Shown: positions 10,263-20,383, numbered from the stretch's first letter. The stretch: 51,882 nt of DNA from an uncultured Dehalococcoidia bacterium (GCA_964499855.1 CAZCPU010000002.1:1-51882), one strand, 5' to 3'. Program-made: numbers and translations. Notes: a model not told the origin generated them from the letters alone.

Positions 10263-11399
10263 CTAGGTCTCCTTCGGGAATTCATCCAGATCGTAGTCTT
10301 CGTCGGACAATTCCTCATCCGCCTCGTCTTCGGGATCCACGTCGTCTACAACGGCGACAAGAGGCGCTGGGGGCTCTGCATTCTTGCCCCAGAAGCTGTC
10401 CGGAACGGGTAAGCTGTTCTCATCCAGCCGGGCGCGTAATTCCTCAAGCGATTTCTCACCGAAGTTGCGAATCTTCAAGAGCTCCTCTGCCGTTCGTTCC
10501 AACACCTCACCAACCTTGTTGATGCCGGCACGCTTCAGGCAGTTAAGCGTACGAGAAGAGAGCTCCAGCTTCTCGACAGTGATGTTGTATACCTCTGCAG
10601 GGATTCCCGCGCCTGGACCGGAGTCGCCGCCAGTGTCCTTACCTGCGCCAATGAGGAGAGCGCTGTGGTCCATAAGCACCTTGGCCGCGGTATGCACGGC
10701 GTCGAGAGGCGAGATGGTCCGGTCAGTCCAGACCTCCAGTACCAACCGCTCGTAGTCGGTGACCTGCCCGACGCGCGTATACTCCACGCCGAAGTTCACT
10801 TTGCGAACCGGACTGAAGATGGCGTCTACCGGCAATGTGCCGATCGAGTAGCCGACTGCCTGCTGGGCCGGCACGTAGCCAGTGCCGCGCTCAACGTTGA
10901 ACTCCATGTTGAGAGTGCCTTCAGCAGAGTCCAATGTCGCAAGGTGCAGGTCAGGATTGACAACTTCAAAGTCAGCTGGAGCGACGATGTCGCCGGCGTA
11001 AACCTCTCCCGGGCCGCGCGCCTCAAGGCGCAAACGACCGGGACGCTCCGTGTGGGCACGCAGCCGAATCGTCTTCACCCGTTGAATTACCTCCATCACC
11101 TCCTCCTTCATATGAGGGAGGGTGGAGTACTCGTGCAACACACCATCAATACGGACCCAAGTAACGGCGGCCCCGGGGATGGAGCTCAACAGCACTCGGC
11201 GCAGCGGGTTGCCCAGCGTCGTAGCGAAGCCGCGTTCCAGAGGCTCTAGTGAGAACTTACCGTAAGTCTCATCCAGCTCAATGGTCCTGACTTCCGGCTT
11301 GGGAATTGCCGGCCCAGGTTGCACGTCCTGGGCGGGCCCAATCATGACAAATGACTCCAACTCTACTGCTCCTTGTTCAATACGGGTCCATGCGCTCAC
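10263..11399 (-). CDS. rpoA: DNA-directed RNA polymerase subunit alpha, with an acidic C-terminal extension
   Basis: 378 aa. N-terminal domain YGKFSLEPLERGFATTLGNPLRRVLLSS; C-terminal domain LELSSRTLNCLKRAGINKVGEVL. About 45 extra D/E-rich residues lie at the C-terminus. The start is GTG 11399 (an alternative ATG lies 54 nt downstream). Confidence 0.96.
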   Translation of the reverse strand: MSAWTRIEQGAVELESFVMIGPAQDVQPGPAIPKPEVRTIELDETYGKFSLEPLERGFATTLGNPLRRVLLSSIPGAAVTWVRIDGVLHEYSTLPHMKEEVMEVIQRVKTIRLRAHTERPGRLRLEARGPGEVYAGDIVAPADFEVVNPDLHLATLDSAEGTLNMEFNVERGTGYVPAQQAVGYSIGTLPVDAIFSPVRKVNFGVEYTRVGQVTDYERLVLEVWTDRTISPLDAVHTAAKVLMDHSALLIGAGKDTGGDSGPGAGIPAEVYNITVEKLELSSRTLNCLKRAGINKVGEVLERTAEELLKIRNFGEKSLEELRARLDENSLPVPDSFWGKNAEPPAPLVAVVDDVDPEDEADEELSDEDYDLDEFPKET

Positions 11400-11404
11400 G
11401 AGCC

Positions 11405-12031
11405 CTACCGTGAGTAAAACTCCACGATGAGCCTCGTATCTACAGCCGTGTCCATGTCGCCTTCTTCGGGCAGGTCGGTTACGCGTCCCTTCATGTTGTC
11501 TGCATCAAGCTCCAGCCAGCGGGGGATGGTACGCTTGGGTATACCCTCCTTGATGACCTGGGCAAAATCCCGCTGAACGCTGGAATCCCTCCACCCGATT
11601 TCGTCGCCCGCCTTCACAACGAAGGAGGGGATGTCCACCTTGCGGCCGTTGACGGTGTAGTGACCGTGCAAGACCATCTGCCGGGCCTGCGCCCGGGAGT
11701 CTGAGAAGTTCAGCCGATAAATCACATTGTCCAACCTGCGCTCCAAGAGCTGCAGCAAGTACTGGCCTGTAATGCCTGGACGCTTTTGCGCCTGCACCAC
11801 GTTGCGCACGAACTGGTGCTCCCGCAGTCCGTAGGTGTAGCGAAGCTTTTGCTTCTCTCGCAGCCGTACGGCGTAGTCCGACGGTCGGCGCCGGGAAGGC
11901 CGCGACGCCCCAGGGGTGTTGCGGCGCTTCTCGATTGCGCACCTTGGGGTGTAGCACCGCTCTCCCTTCAGGTAGAGTTTCTCGCCCACTTGCCGACACT
12001 GCCGACAAACCGGGCCGGTATACCGTCCCAT
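11405..12031 (-). CDS. rpsD: 30S ribosomal protein S4 (zinc-ribbon form)
   Basis: MGRYTGPVCRQCRQVGEKLYLKGERCYTPRC... The ORF opens at 12070, but the ATG at 12031 gives the canonical N-terminus and sits 8 nt after the rpsK stop, with GGAGAG upstream. Confidence 0.96.
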   Translation of the reverse strand: MGRYTGPVCRQCRQVGEKLYLKGERCYTPRCAIEKRRNTPGASRPSRRRPSDYAVRLREKQKLRYTYGLREHQFVRNVVQAQKRPGITGQYLLQLLERRLDNVIYRLNFSDSRAQARQMVLHGHYTVNGRKVDIPSFVVKAGDEIGWRDSSVQRDFAQVIKEGIPKRTIPRWLELDADNMKGRVTDLPEEGDMDTAVDTRLIVEFYSR

Positions 12032-12039
12032 ACGCTCTC

Positions 12040-12423
12040 CTACACCCGGCGCTTCTTTGGCGGACGGCACCCGTTGTGCGGAGTGGGCGTCACGTCTCGA
12101 ATGCCAGAAATCATTAGCCCCGCTCCCTGCAGAGAACGGATTGCAGCTTCCCGGCCGGGCCCGGGACCCTTGAGGTAAACTTCTACCCGGCGGAGCCCGT
12201 GCTCCATGCTCTTACGTGCCGCAATTTCTGCGGCACGGCCAGCGGCAAATGCTGTGCCCTTGCGCGAGCCCTTATAGCCGGCGGTCCCGGCCGTGCCCCA
12301 TGCCAGAACTCCCCCTTGGGTATCCGTCAGGGTAACCAGCGTGTTGTTGAACGTTGCCTTGATGTACGCCCGTCCGACAGGTACAGACTTTCGTTCCCTG
12401 CGACGGACTCCCCTTCTGGCCAT
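12040..12423 (-). CDS. rpsK: 30S ribosomal protein S11
   Basis: ...[18 protein letters not shown]... The ATG at 12423 is preceded by AAAGGAGG. The ORF track start at 12453 is probably too long. Confidence 0.96.
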   Translation of the reverse strand: MARRGVRRRERKSVPVGRAYIKATFNNTLVTLTDTQGGVLAWGTAGTAGYKGSRKGTAFAAGRAAEIAARKSMEHGLRRVEVYLKGPGPGREAAIRSLQGAGLMISGIRDVTPTPHNGCRPPKKRRV

Positions 12424-12474
12424 GGGCCTCCTTTGTCCATCAGCGCCCCGCACATTGCGGACGCCACTATGCGT

Positions 12475-12858
12475 TTACTTCTTGGCGCTCGCGCGGCGGC
12501 GTCCGGCCACCGTCTTCTTGGGACCCTTGCGCGTCCGGGCATTGGTTCGCGACCGCTGGCCATTCACCGGCAGCCCCCGGACGTGACGTATGCCTTGGAA
12601 GCTACGAATCTCGATCTTCCGCCGTATATTCATCTGTACTTCTCGGCGCAGATCACCCTCGACCTTATATTGTCGGTCAACCACCTCGCGGATGCGGGAG
12701 AGCTGATCCTCGGCGAGATCACGAACGCGCGGGTTATCGTCAATGTGTGCCTCGGCCGCAATTTCTCTCGCGCGAGTAGCGCCAATGCCATAGATGGATC
12801 GGAGCGCAATCTCAATTCGTTTGTGGTCCGGAATGTTGACGCCTGATACCAGTGCCAT
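12475..12858 (-). CDS. rpsM: 30S ribosomal protein S13
   Basis: 127 aa with [26 protein letters not shown], typical of S13. Confidence 0.97.
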   Translation of the reverse strand: MALVSGVNIPDHKRIEIALRSIYGIGATRAREIAAEAHIDDNPRVRDLAEDQLSRIREVVDRQYKVEGDLRREVQMNIRRKIEIRSFQGIRHVRGLPVNGQRSRTNARTRKGPKKTVAGRRRASAKK

Positions 12859-12879
12859 TGATCCCTCCCGCTTCAGGCT

Positions 12880-12993
12880 CTAACCCTGGCGCTGCTTGTG
12901 CCGCTTGTTGATGCAGATAATCCGGACAATACCTTTGCGCTTGATTATCTTGCAGTGTTCACACCGCTTCTTTATGGATGGTTGGACCTGCAT
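12880..12993 (-). CDS. rpmJ: 50S ribosomal protein L36 (zinc form); missed by the ORF track
   Basis: My own translation gives [37 protein letters not shown] (37 aa) with a C-x2-C-x12-C-x4-H pattern. It lies between infA and rpsM as expected. Confidence 0.95.
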   Translation of the reverse strand: MQVQPSIKKRCEHCKIIKRKGIVRIICINKRHKQRQG

Positions 12994-13018
12994 TCTGACT
13001 CCTTAGCGCCTGCTTCCG

Positions 13019-13237
13019 CTACCGGAACCGGTAGGTCACGCGGCCTCGGCTCAGGTCATACGGCGAGAGCTCCACCAAGACCCGGTCGCCCGGCAAGATG
13101 CGAATGTAGTGCATTCGAATCCTGCCAGAGGCGTGAGCAAGCACCTCATGTTCATTTGCTAACTTCACGCGGAAGACCGCGTTGGGAAGCGCCTCCTCAA
13201 CCGTACCCTCAACTTCAATGGACTCTTTCTTTGGCAT
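13019..13237 (-). CDS. infA: Translation initiation factor IF-1
   Basis: 72 aa with [20 protein letters not shown]...[33 protein letters not shown]. Confidence 0.97.
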   Translation of the reverse strand: MPKKESIEVEGTVEEALPNAVFRVKLANEHEVLAHASGRIRMHYIRILPGDRVLVELSPYDLSRGRVTYRFR

Positions 13238-13266
13238 ACAACCTCTAGTCGGTTTGAACGACTTGA

Positions 13267-14043
13267 CTATTCTCGAAGACGGGTCATGACTTCGGCCCCA
13301 TCCTCGCCAACGGCCATCGTGTGCTCAAAGTGCGCCGAGAGGCGACCGTCGGCAGTAACCACCGTCCAGCCATCTTCCAGCGTGCGAGTTCTCCAGGTGC
13401 CCACGTTCAGCATGGGCTCAATGGCAATTGCCATACCTGAACGGAGCATCAGCCCTCGACCCGCTACCCCATAATTGGGAACCTGCGGCTCCTCATGGAG
13501 CTTCCGCCCAATGCCGTGCCCTACGTATTCCCGAACAACGCCGTATCCGCGTGACTCGGCATACGTCTGGATCGCCTCGCCAATGTCGCCCAGCCGCACG
13601 CCGGATCGGACTTGCGCGATGGCCTCATTCAGCGACCCTCTCGTTGCCTCAAGCAGGCGCAACGCTTCCTCGGAGACATCGCCCACTGGCAGCGTAACCG
13701 CGGCGTCACCGTGCATTCCGTCAACGATGGCGCCGACATCGCACTTCACCAAATCTCCTTCATTCAGCACCCGCTTGCCCGGGATGCCATGGACAATCTC
13801 CTCGTTCACTGACGTGCATATCGTCGCGGGGAAGCCCATGTAGCCCAAGAACGCCGCCTTGGCATCGTGCCGCCGGAGCTCCTGCGCGGCAACGTCGTCA
13901 AGGTCCTGCGTCGTCATCCCTGGCTCCACGGCGTGCGTGATGGCCGCGATCATTCTCGCCACGACCTGGCCCGCTTCCCGCATAGCCTCGAGCTCTCGGG
14001 CCGACTTGATGGACGGTCGCCGTGCTGCTTCCGGTGACTCCAC
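13267..14043 (-). CDS. map: Type I methionine aminopeptidase
   Basis: 258 aa with [37 protein letters not shown] and IEPML..EHT metal-ligand blocks. GTG start with a GGGAGAGGGG SD. Confidence 0.95.
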   Translation of the reverse strand: MESPEAARRPSIKSARELEAMREAGQVVARMIAAITHAVEPGMTTQDLDDVAAQELRRHDAKAAFLGYMGFPATICTSVNEEIVHGIPGKRVLNEGDLVKCDVGAIVDGMHGDAAVTLPVGDVSEEALRLLEATRGSLNEAIAQVRSGVRLGDIGEAIQTYAESRGYGVVREYVGHGIGRKLHEEPQVPNYGVAGRGLMLRSGMAIAIEPMLNVGTWRTRTLEDGWTVVTADGRLSAHFEHTMAVGEDGAEVMTRLRE

Positions 14044-14075
14044 GGGTTCCCCTCTCCCTAATGGCGCAAAGTACC

Positions 14076-14103
14076 ATTCTACCGATTTGGCGCGAATTTT
14101 GCA
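14076..14103 (-). promoter_or_regulatory. Possible internal promoter in the AT-richer adk-map gap
   Basis: Minus strand reads TGCAAA, a 16-nt spacer, then TAGAAT (the -10 at 14081-14076). Only a moderate match. Confidence 0.3.
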
Positions 14104-14121
14104 CTCACGGCCTTCTCGCCG

Positions 14122-14748
14122 CTAGCCTTCAAGAGCCTGCAGAACTTCACCTGCCACGGCGTCGACGTCCTGAAGGCCATTTACCTCAACCAGCTTGCCC
14201 TTGCCCTTATAGTAGTCAATCAGCGGATAGGTCTGGGCGGAATAAACCTGCAAACGGTTGCGCACCGCTTCCGGCATGTCGTCCTCACGCTGGTACAGTT
14301 CACCGCCGCAGAACTCGCATGGTCTACCCAAGCTCTCGGCCGTGTAAGGGCGAGAGCAGCCTCGGCAGATGTAACGATTGCTCAATCGTCGCACCAGCTC
14401 GTCCTCAGGCACCATCACGTACAGCACGCGGTCGATCCCATTGCCACCCAATGCCTCGTCCAGGGCCTCCGCCTGCGGGGCAGTGCGAGGAAACCCGTCC
14501 AGCACCACACCCGGGCCATCGGTTTCCTCCGACAGCTTGTCCAACACCATGCGAATGACCAGGTCGTCCGGCACAAGGTCGCCCCGGTCCATGTACGACT
14601 GCGCCAACTGCCCCAGCTCCGTCTTCTGCTGGCGGTGCATTCGCAGCAAATCGCCTGACGACACGTGAGCCAATCGCTTCCGGTCCGTCAGGATATCGGC
14701 CTGTGTGCCCTTGCCAGCGCCTGGGGCGCCCAGCAGCACTAGCAGCAT
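14122..14748 (-). CDS. adk: Adenylate kinase with a zinc-binding lid
   Basis: MLLVLLGAPGAGKGTQ P-loop and lid cysteines CRGC...CEFCGG. The ORF opens at 14802, but the ATG at 14748 gives the canonical N-terminus with GGGAG 8 nt upstream. Confidence 0.95.
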   Translation of the reverse strand: MLLVLLGAPGAGKGTQADILTDRKRLAHVSSGDLLRMHRQQKTELGQLAQSYMDRGDLVPDDLVIRMVLDKLSEETDGPGVVLDGFPRTAPQAEALDEALGGNGIDRVLYVMVPEDELVRRLSNRYICRGCSRPYTAESLGRPCEFCGGELYQREDDMPEAVRNRLQVYSAQTYPLIDYYKGKGKLVEVNGLQDVDAVAGEVLQALEG

Positions 14749-14782
14749 GACGCCAACTCCCACCGATTGCCGAATACTGGTG

Positions 14783-16129
14783 TCATCGGATGAATCCTTC
14801 ATAGCGTCGCATCAGGAGCTGCGCCTCCAGCTGCCGCATGGTATCGAGGCCCACACCAACCAGAATCAGAAGCGCGGTACTGCTTAGTCGCAGCGCCTGC
14901 ACGTCGGTTAGCAGCGTCGCAAAGTACGGAATGATGGCGACGAAGCCCAGGAAGAGCGCCCCACCCCAACTGACGCGGATGAGGGTGCGCTGCAGATACT
15001 CCTCTGTCGGCCTGCCAGGACGTATGCCTGGAATGAAGCCTCCTTGCTTTTGCAGGTTCTCTGCCAAGTTCATCTGCGAGAATGTGATCATGGTATAGAA
15101 GAGGGCGAAAATCACCACCAATACAAAGAGGAAGACCCAGTAAATGAAGCTGGTCCCGTCAAAGACACCAACTACTCCTTGGGCAAATCTGGAGACGAAA
15201 CTGGGGTCCGACGGGTTGGCAAAGTAGCTGGCCACTGTGCCCGGCAGGATGATGATGGCGAAGGCGAAGATAAGCGGGATCATTCCCGCCGAGTTTATCC
15301 GCAATGGGATATAGGATGTTCCCTGCGCTCGTCTAACGGCGCCTCCGCGGAACACCGTACGTCCGTACTGTACAGGGATCCGCCGCTGCGCCTCCGTGAA
15401 GACCACGATGAGGTAAATGATCGCCAATGTGATCAGCACGAGCGTAATTAGTCCCGTCGGGTCGACGCGGCTGATGAAGCCCTGCTGCACAATCTGAGGC
15501 AGACCGGCGACAATGCCCGCAAAGATGATGATGGAGATACCGTTGCCGATGCCACGCTCCGTTATCTGCTCGCCGAGCCAGACAAGGAAAACGGTGCCCG
15601 CCGCCATCGAAATGACCATCGGGATGATGGCCGGGAATGCGCCCCCGGTAATGTCGACGCCCGCGAAAATACCGGCCCTCTGCAGCAGGATGATCTGCCC
15701 GTATCCCTGTGCCAGCGCGATCGGCACTGTGAAATAGTGGGTCATCTGGTTGATCTTCTGGCGCCCATAGTCACCCTCTTTGGAGAGCGCTTTCAGTTGG
15801 GGGATCACGGGCACCAAGAGCTGCATGATGATTGATGAGGTGATGTAGGGATAGACACCCAACGCCGCGACGCTTAGGTTGCGCAGCGCGCCGCCGCTAA
15901 AGAGATCCAGGAAGCCGAGAATATCCCCGAATTGGCCGCCGCTGAAGACCGCCGCGAGCGCGTCGCGGTCGACTCCTGGCACCGGAACGTGGGCCACAAA
16001 GCGAAACACGACAAGCATGGCCAAGGTGAAGAGCAGCTTCATCCGCAGGTCAGGGATCTTGAAGGCGTCTATGAGGGCCTGCAGCAGTTGAGGTCGCCCG
16101 GACGCAGGCCTAGCTGACGTCGCCTGCAT
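14783..16129 (-). CDS. secY: Preprotein translocase subunit SecY
   Basis: Ten-TM SecY sequence (…LGVYPYITSSIIMQLL…). The ORF opens at 16186. The ATG at 16129 (MQATSAR...) has a GGGAGAAGGA SD and overlaps the rplO end by 20 nt. Confidence 0.95.
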   Translation of the reverse strand: MQATSARPASGRPQLLQALIDAFKIPDLRMKLLFTLAMLVVFRFVAHVPVPGVDRDALAAVFSGGQFGDILGFLDLFSGGALRNLSVAALGVYPYITSSIIMQLLVPVIPQLKALSKEGDYGRQKINQMTHYFTVPIALAQGYGQIILLQRAGIFAGVDITGGAFPAIIPMVISMAAGTVFLVWLGEQITERGIGNGISIIIFAGIVAGLPQIVQQGFISRVDPTGLITLVLITLAIIYLIVVFTEAQRRIPVQYGRTVFRGGAVRRAQGTSYIPLRINSAGMIPLIFAFAIIILPGTVASYFANPSDPSFVSRFAQGVVGVFDGTSFIYWVFLFVLVVIFALFYTMITFSQMNLAENLQKQGGFIPGIRPGRPTEEYLQRTLIRVSWGGALFLGFVAIIPYFATLLTDVQALRLSSTALLILVGVGLDTMRQLEAQLLMRRYEGFIR

Positions 16130-16595
16130 CGTCCTTCTCCCGTTTCCTGCCCGGCAGTTGTTCGACGGTGCCGCCGGCTGCAACAAGCTGCTCGCGCGCC
16201 TGTGCCGAGAACCGGTGGGCTGTCACTGAAAGGGGCTTGGTTACCTCGCCCTTCGCCAACACCTTTACGGGCAGCTTCAGGTTGCGCAGCAATCCTACTT
16301 GCACCATGGACTCAGGGGTCACCTGTGCCCCACTTTCGAATCGCTCTTCCAACGCTCCCAGGTTCACAACGGCGTAGTCGGTGCGGAAGATGTTGGTGAA
16401 CCCGCGCCGCGTGGGCAGTTTCAACACTAATGGCAACTGGCCGCCTTCAAACCCAGGGCGCGGACCGGGGCCAGATCGCGACCGCTGGCCCTTCATGCCA
16501 CGTCCCGAGTAATTGCCCTTGCTGCCGTTGCCGCGCCCCACGCGGGTGCGTGGCCGGCGTGCGCCCTTTGGCGAGGGAATCTCGTGCTGCTTCAC
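16110..16595 (-). CDS. rplO: 50S ribosomal protein L15
   Basis: 161 aa with a Gly/Arg-rich N-terminus RVGRGNGSKGNYSGRGMKGQRSRSG and L15 body. Confidence 0.96.
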   Translation of the reverse strand: MKQHEIPSPKGARRPRTRVGRGNGSKGNYSGRGMKGQRSRSGPGPRPGFEGGQLPLVLKLPTRRGFTNIFRTDYAVVNLGALEERFESGAQVTPESMVQVGLLRNLKLPVKVLAKGEVTKPLSVTAHRFSAQAREQLVAAGGTVEQLPGRKREKDDAGDVS

Positions 16596-16611
16596 TGCCC
16601 CGTCTCCTACC

Positions 16612-16797
16612 TTAGTCCTCTATTTCGTCGACCTGCACCATGTGGCGCACTTTGTGAAGCATACCGCGCACCACAGGGGTGTCTTCGCGCTCCACCGTCT
16701 GGTTGAGCCGACGCAGCCCCAGCGACCGGATTGTCGCCTGCTGGTTGCGCTCAAAACCAATCCCGCTCTTCTTCCATGTGATCCGCAGCCGCGCCAT
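16612..16797 (-). CDS. rpmD: 50S ribosomal protein L30
   Basis: 61 aa with MARLRITWKKSGIGFERNQQATIRSLGLRRLNQTV. Confidence 0.95.
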   Translation of the reverse strand: MARLRITWKKSGIGFERNQQATIRSLGLRRLNQTVEREDTPVVRGMLHKVRHMVQVDEIED

Positions 16798-16806
16798 CAG
16801 GCTCCC

Positions 16807-17358
16807 CTAACTCCCTTGCTGCTGTTGTTGACCGGGCTGCGACGTCCGCCTAGCCCGGCGGCGCTCAACCTCTACTTGCGGGTCCCGCAAGGAGGCGAGC
16901 GCGTCCATGGTCGCCTTGGACAGGTTGATGGGGTTCGTGTTGCCGACGGCCTTGGTCAGGATGTCCTTGATCCCCGCCAGATCCACCACGGCACGAACTG
17001 TTGCACCTGCCACCACACCTGTACCGTCCACCGCAGGTTTCAGTACCACCTGTGACGAACGATATTTCGTGACGATGTCATGGGGGATGGTCGTCCCCCG
17101 GAGGGGCACCTCGATGAGATTCCGCCTGGCGATGGCCACGCCCTTTCGAACCGCGTCCGGCACAGCCGCCGCCTTGCCCAAGCCAATACCAACGATATTG
17201 CGACCGTCACCGACAGCCACCATGGCGTTGAAGCGCATGTTCTTACCGCCCGCCGTCACTTTAGCGATTCGGCGAATCATCAATACCCGCTCAGTGAGGT
17301 TGCCGGCGTGGTCCGGGGAAACACGGGGGGCCAAGTCGTATGGCGATAACTTCGGCAT
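16807..17358 (-). CDS. rpsE: 30S ribosomal protein S5
   Basis: 183 aa with IRRIAKVTAGGKNMRFNAMVAVGDGRNIVGIGLGKA, typical of S5. The C-terminus ends in a Q-rich tail. Confidence 0.96.
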   Translation of the reverse strand: MPKLSPYDLAPRVSPDHAGNLTERVLMIRRIAKVTAGGKNMRFNAMVAVGDGRNIVGIGLGKAAAVPDAVRKGVAIARRNLIEVPLRGTTIPHDIVTKYRSSQVVLKPAVDGTGVVAGATVRAVVDLAGIKDILTKAVGNTNPINLSKATMDALASLRDPQVEVERRRARRTSQPGQQQQQGS

Positions 17359-17762
17359 TAGAACTCCAGCCCTCCTTCACGCGCTGCTTCCGCCAGCGCT
17401 TGCACGCGGCCATGGTAGGCGTAGCCTCCACGGTCGAACACGACCCTAGTAACGCCGGCGGCCCTACTGCGGCTCGCCGCGACCGCGCCGACCAGCCGGG
17501 CGACCTCAGTCTTGGGTTTGCCCTGGCACTCGGCGCGCAACTCCGCGTCCATATCGGACGCCGAGGCGAGCGTGTGGCCCACGCTGTCGTCAATGACCTG
17601 CACGGCGATATGCTGACTGCTGCGGAAGACCGCCATGCGCGGGCGCTCGGGCACGCCCTGCACCTTCCTGCGCACCCGGATGTGGCGCACGACACGCTTC
17701 GCCCTAGCCGTCTTGGCCTTTCCCTTGAAACGCAATGCCTGCAATCGTACTGCTTTAACCAC
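17358..17762 (-). CDS. rplR: 50S ribosomal protein L18
   Basis: ...[20 protein letters not shown]...[28 protein letters not shown]. The ORF opens at 17816 inside rplF. The GTG at 17762 follows GAGGAA by 6 nt, just after the rplF stop. Confidence 0.94.
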   Translation of the reverse strand: MVKAVRLQALRFKGKAKTARAKRVVRHIRVRRKVQGVPERPRMAVFRSSQHIAVQVIDDSVGHTLASASDMDAELRAECQGKPKTEVARLVGAVAASRSRAAGVTRVVFDRGGYAYHGRVQALAEAAREGGLEF

Positions 17763-17778
17763 GGTGTATTCCTCGAGC

Positions 17779-18354
17779 CTAGCGTCCGGCGCTCTTGCCG
17801 GGCTTGAGCCGCACAATCTCGCCGCTGTAGCGAATGCCCTTGCCCTTATAGGCGTCGGGCTTGCGAACGGCGCGTATGGTCGCGGCGATCTGTCCCACCT
17901 GCTGCTTGTCGCACCCCGCGACGGACAGCCGCGTTGGTCCTTCGACGGTCAATGTGATTCCTTTGGGAGCCTCAATGTCCACCGGATGGCTGTACCCGAC
18001 CTGCAGGGTGATGTTCTCACCGGCTTGCTGCACACGGTAGCCAGTGCCTACCAACTCCAGGTTCTTCTGGAAGCCCTCGGTCACACCTACAACCATGTTG
18101 TTCAACAGGGCCCGCGTCAGCCCCTGCAGCGCCCGTACTCGCTGGTGGTCAGAGGGCCGACCGATAAGGATGGCCTCGTCCTGCCTTTCAATTGTCACAT
18201 CCGGGTGGAACTGCTGCTGCAGCGTCCCACGCGGGCCTTTCACCGTAACGTCGTTGTCATCGCCCAAGGTCACGTCAACGGCCCTGGGAACAACAATAGG
18301 CATGGACCCGATCCGTGCAACGATACGCCGCTTTTCTTTCGTCTTCTCAGCCAT
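17779..18354 (-). CDS. rplF: 50S ribosomal protein L6
   Basis: 191 aa with [26 protein letters not shown] and a two-domain L6 pattern. Confidence 0.96.
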   Translation of the reverse strand: MAEKTKEKRRIVARIGSMPIVVPRAVDVTLGDDNDVTVKGPRGTLQQQFHPDVTIERQDEAILIGRPSDHQRVRALQGLTRALLNNMVVGVTEGFQKNLELVGTGYRVQQAGENITLQVGYSHPVDIEAPKGITLTVEGPTRLSVAGCDKQQVGQIAATIRAVRKPDAYKGKGIRYSGEIVRLKPGKSAGR

Positions 18355-18367
18355 AGCTCATCGTCCT

Positions 18368-18769
18368 CTACCAGACGTAGCAGAGAACTTCTCCTCCAAT
18401 GCCCTGGTTCTTGGCCGACTGCCCAGTCATAACTCCCTTGGAAGTCGAAAGGATGGCGACGCCCAGCCCACCGTACACGCGGGGAATCTCGTCTCGACCC
18501 ACATAGACGCGAAGGCCAGGGCGGCTCACGCGCTTCAGTCCCCGGATAGCAGTCTGCGCGCGGCCCGTGTACAGCAGCCGCAGCCGAAGCACACGCCAGG
18601 ATCCGTTCCTGACGGTATCCACGTCTCGAATGAAACCCTCATCCTTCAGGATTTCGGCGACCGCCTGCTTGGTCTTGGACAATGGGACAAGAACCGAGTC
18701 GTGCCGCGCCATGCCGGCGTTGCGCACTCGGGTCAGCATGTCCGCAATAGGGTCGGTTACTCCGCTCAC
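18368..18769 (-). CDS. rpsH: 30S ribosomal protein S8
   Basis: 133 aa with [25 protein letters not shown] and the C-terminal GGEVLCYVW. Confidence 0.97.
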   Translation of the reverse strand: MSGVTDPIADMLTRVRNAGMARHDSVLVPLSKTKQAVAEILKDEGFIRDVDTVRNGSWRVLRLRLLYTGRAQTAIRGLKRVSRPGLRVYVGRDEIPRVYGGLGVAILSTSKGVMTGQSAKNQGIGGEVLCYVW

Positions 18770-18777
18770 AGGTCCTC

Positions 18778-18963
18778 CTACCAGCTAGCCTTGCGGACTC
18801 CGGGTATCTCTCCCCGAAGCGCGAGCGTGCGGAAGCAGATGCGGCAGAGGCCAAAATGGCGGATGTAAGCCCGCGGTCGTCCGCACAACTGGCACCGGTT
18901 TTGCTGCCGGGTAGAGAACTTCACCGGCAACCGCCACTTGGCAATCTTGCTGGTCTTGGCCAA
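18778..18963 (-). CDS. rpsN: 30S ribosomal protein S14, type Z (61 aa, zinc form)
   Basis: [10 protein letters not shown]...[38 protein letters not shown] with CxxC...CxxC. Confidence 0.96.
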   Translation of the reverse strand: MAKTSKIAKWRLPVKFSTRQQNRCQLCGRPRAYIRHFGLCRICFRTLALRGEIPGVRKASW

Positions 18964-18995
18964 TGCTCTGCTCCTATCCTTTTCGTCCCGCCAAC

Positions 18996-19691
18996 CTATG
19001 CTTCAACGGCTGTGCGCTCCTGCACCCGCGCGAAGGGCATCCCCATCAAGTCGAGGAGCCGCAGCGCCTCCTGGTCCGTTTTGGCGGTGGTGATGATGTT
19101 CACCTGCATTCCCCGAAGCCTGTCGATTTGGTTGTAATCAATCTCCGGGAACACAATCTGCTCGCGCAGCCCCAACGCGTAATTCCCGCGCCCATCGAAA
19201 GCTGAACGGGACACGCCCCGAAAGTCGCGGATACGGGGCAGTGCGGTGTTAAACAGCTTGTCAAGGAATGTGTACATCCTGTCGCCACGCAGCGTCACCA
19301 TGACGCCAACGGCCTGGCCCTCTCGCAGCTTGAAACCGGCAACGGATCGTCGCGCCTTTCGCGAGATAGGCCGTTGTCCGGTGATCGCCGCGATGTCGCC
19401 CATCGTGGCGTCCATGGCGCGTGCGTTGGTTAGGGCCTCACCCAGACCGACGTTAATGACGACCTTGTCGACCCTTGGAATCTCCATGACGTTTGGGTAG
19501 GAGAACTCCTGGCGCAGCTGCGGCGCGAGCTCGTCGCGGTAGCGCGCCAGCAGCCTGGGCAGCACCCGGCCCTGCGGGGCAGCCTTTGCGGCGGCCTGCG
19601 CCTGCGCGCGGCTGCGGCCCCTCGAACGGCCACCTCCGCTGGAAGGCTCCTGCGGCTCTTCTATTCGATCGGTTGGTTGCACTTCTTGCAT
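18996..19691 (-). CDS. rplE: 50S ribosomal protein L5; either a ~42-aa N-terminal extension or a later GTG start at 19565
   Basis: The core [43 protein letters not shown] is canonical L5. The open frame continues upstream to the ATG at 19691, overlapping rplX by 31 nt. Confidence 0.93.
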   Translation of the reverse strand: MQEVQPTDRIEEPQEPSSGGGRSRGRSRAQAQAAAKAAPQGRVLPRLLARYRDELAPQLRQEFSYPNVMEIPRVDKVVINVGLGEALTNARAMDATMGDIAAITGQRPISRKARRSVAGFKLREGQAVGVMVTLRGDRMYTFLDKLFNTALPRIRDFRGVSRSAFDGRGNYALGLREQIVFPEIDYNQIDRLRGMQVNIITTAKTDQEALRLLDLMGMPFARVQERTAVEA

Positions 19692-19978
19692 AGCCGTACT
19701 TTCTTGCCGTCGTTCAGAAACGTGAAACCCATTCGGGCGGCAGTGTTACAGAGCGGACACACCACCTTGACGTTGGAGAGGGAAAGAGGCGCCTCCATGG
19801 TGATGATCCCCGCCTGACTGATGCCGGGTTGCGCCCTGCGGTGTCGCTTGACCATGTTGAGGCCTTCCACAAAGAGCTTGCCGTCACCAGGGAAGACCCG
19901 CTGCACGGTACTCTGCTTGCCGCGGTCCTTTCCCTTGGTGACAACCACTGTGTCGCCGCTTCTGACCTTCTGGGCCAT
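19661..19978 (-). CDS. rplX: 50S ribosomal protein L24 with four C-terminal cysteines
   Basis: 105 aa with a KOW motif VRSGDTVVVTKGKDRGK. The C-terminus VCPLCNTAARMGF...[12 protein letters not shown] contains two CxxC pairs. Confidence 0.95.
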   Translation of the reverse strand: MAQKVRSGDTVVVTKGKDRGKQSTVQRVFPGDGKLFVEGLNMVKRHRRAQPGISQAGIITMEAPLSLSNVKVVCPLCNTAARMGFTFLNDGKKVRLCKKCNQPIE

Positions 19979-20008
19979 GACCTCTTCCTTCTTTCCCGCC
20001 CAAATGAC

Positions 20009-20383
20009 TTAAAAGACTTCCGGGGCCAGGGAAACTATGCGCATGAACCCCTTTTCCCGCAACTCGCGCGCCACCGGCCCGAATATACGGGTACCAATGG
20101 GGTTCAACGCGTCCGTCAGCATTACTGCTGCGTTCTCGTCGAAGCGGATGTGGGTGCCGTCCGGCCTGCGCGTGTTCTTCACCACTCGGACAATAACGGC
20201 CTTGACGACCTTCCCCGCCCGCACTGCGTCGGGCGCGTTCGGAATGGCGTCTTTGACGGAGCACGTGATAATGTCGCCAAGCCCTGCGTATCGCCTCCGG
20301 CTGGATCCGGGAATGCCAATGCACATCACCTGCTTGGCCCCGGAGTTGTCCGCAACCGCCAACCGCGACATATGTTGGATCAT
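20009..20383 (-). CDS. rplN: 50S ribosomal protein L14
   Basis: 124 aa with [24 protein letters not shown]... typical of L14. The start overlaps the rpsQ stop (ATGA). Confidence 0.97.
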   Translation of the reverse strand: MIQHMSRLAVADNSGAKQVMCIGIPGSSRRRYAGLGDIITCSVKDAIPNAPDAVRAGKVVKAVIVRVVKNTRRPDGTHIRFDENAAVMLTDALNPIGTRIFGPVARELREKGFMRIVSLAPEVF

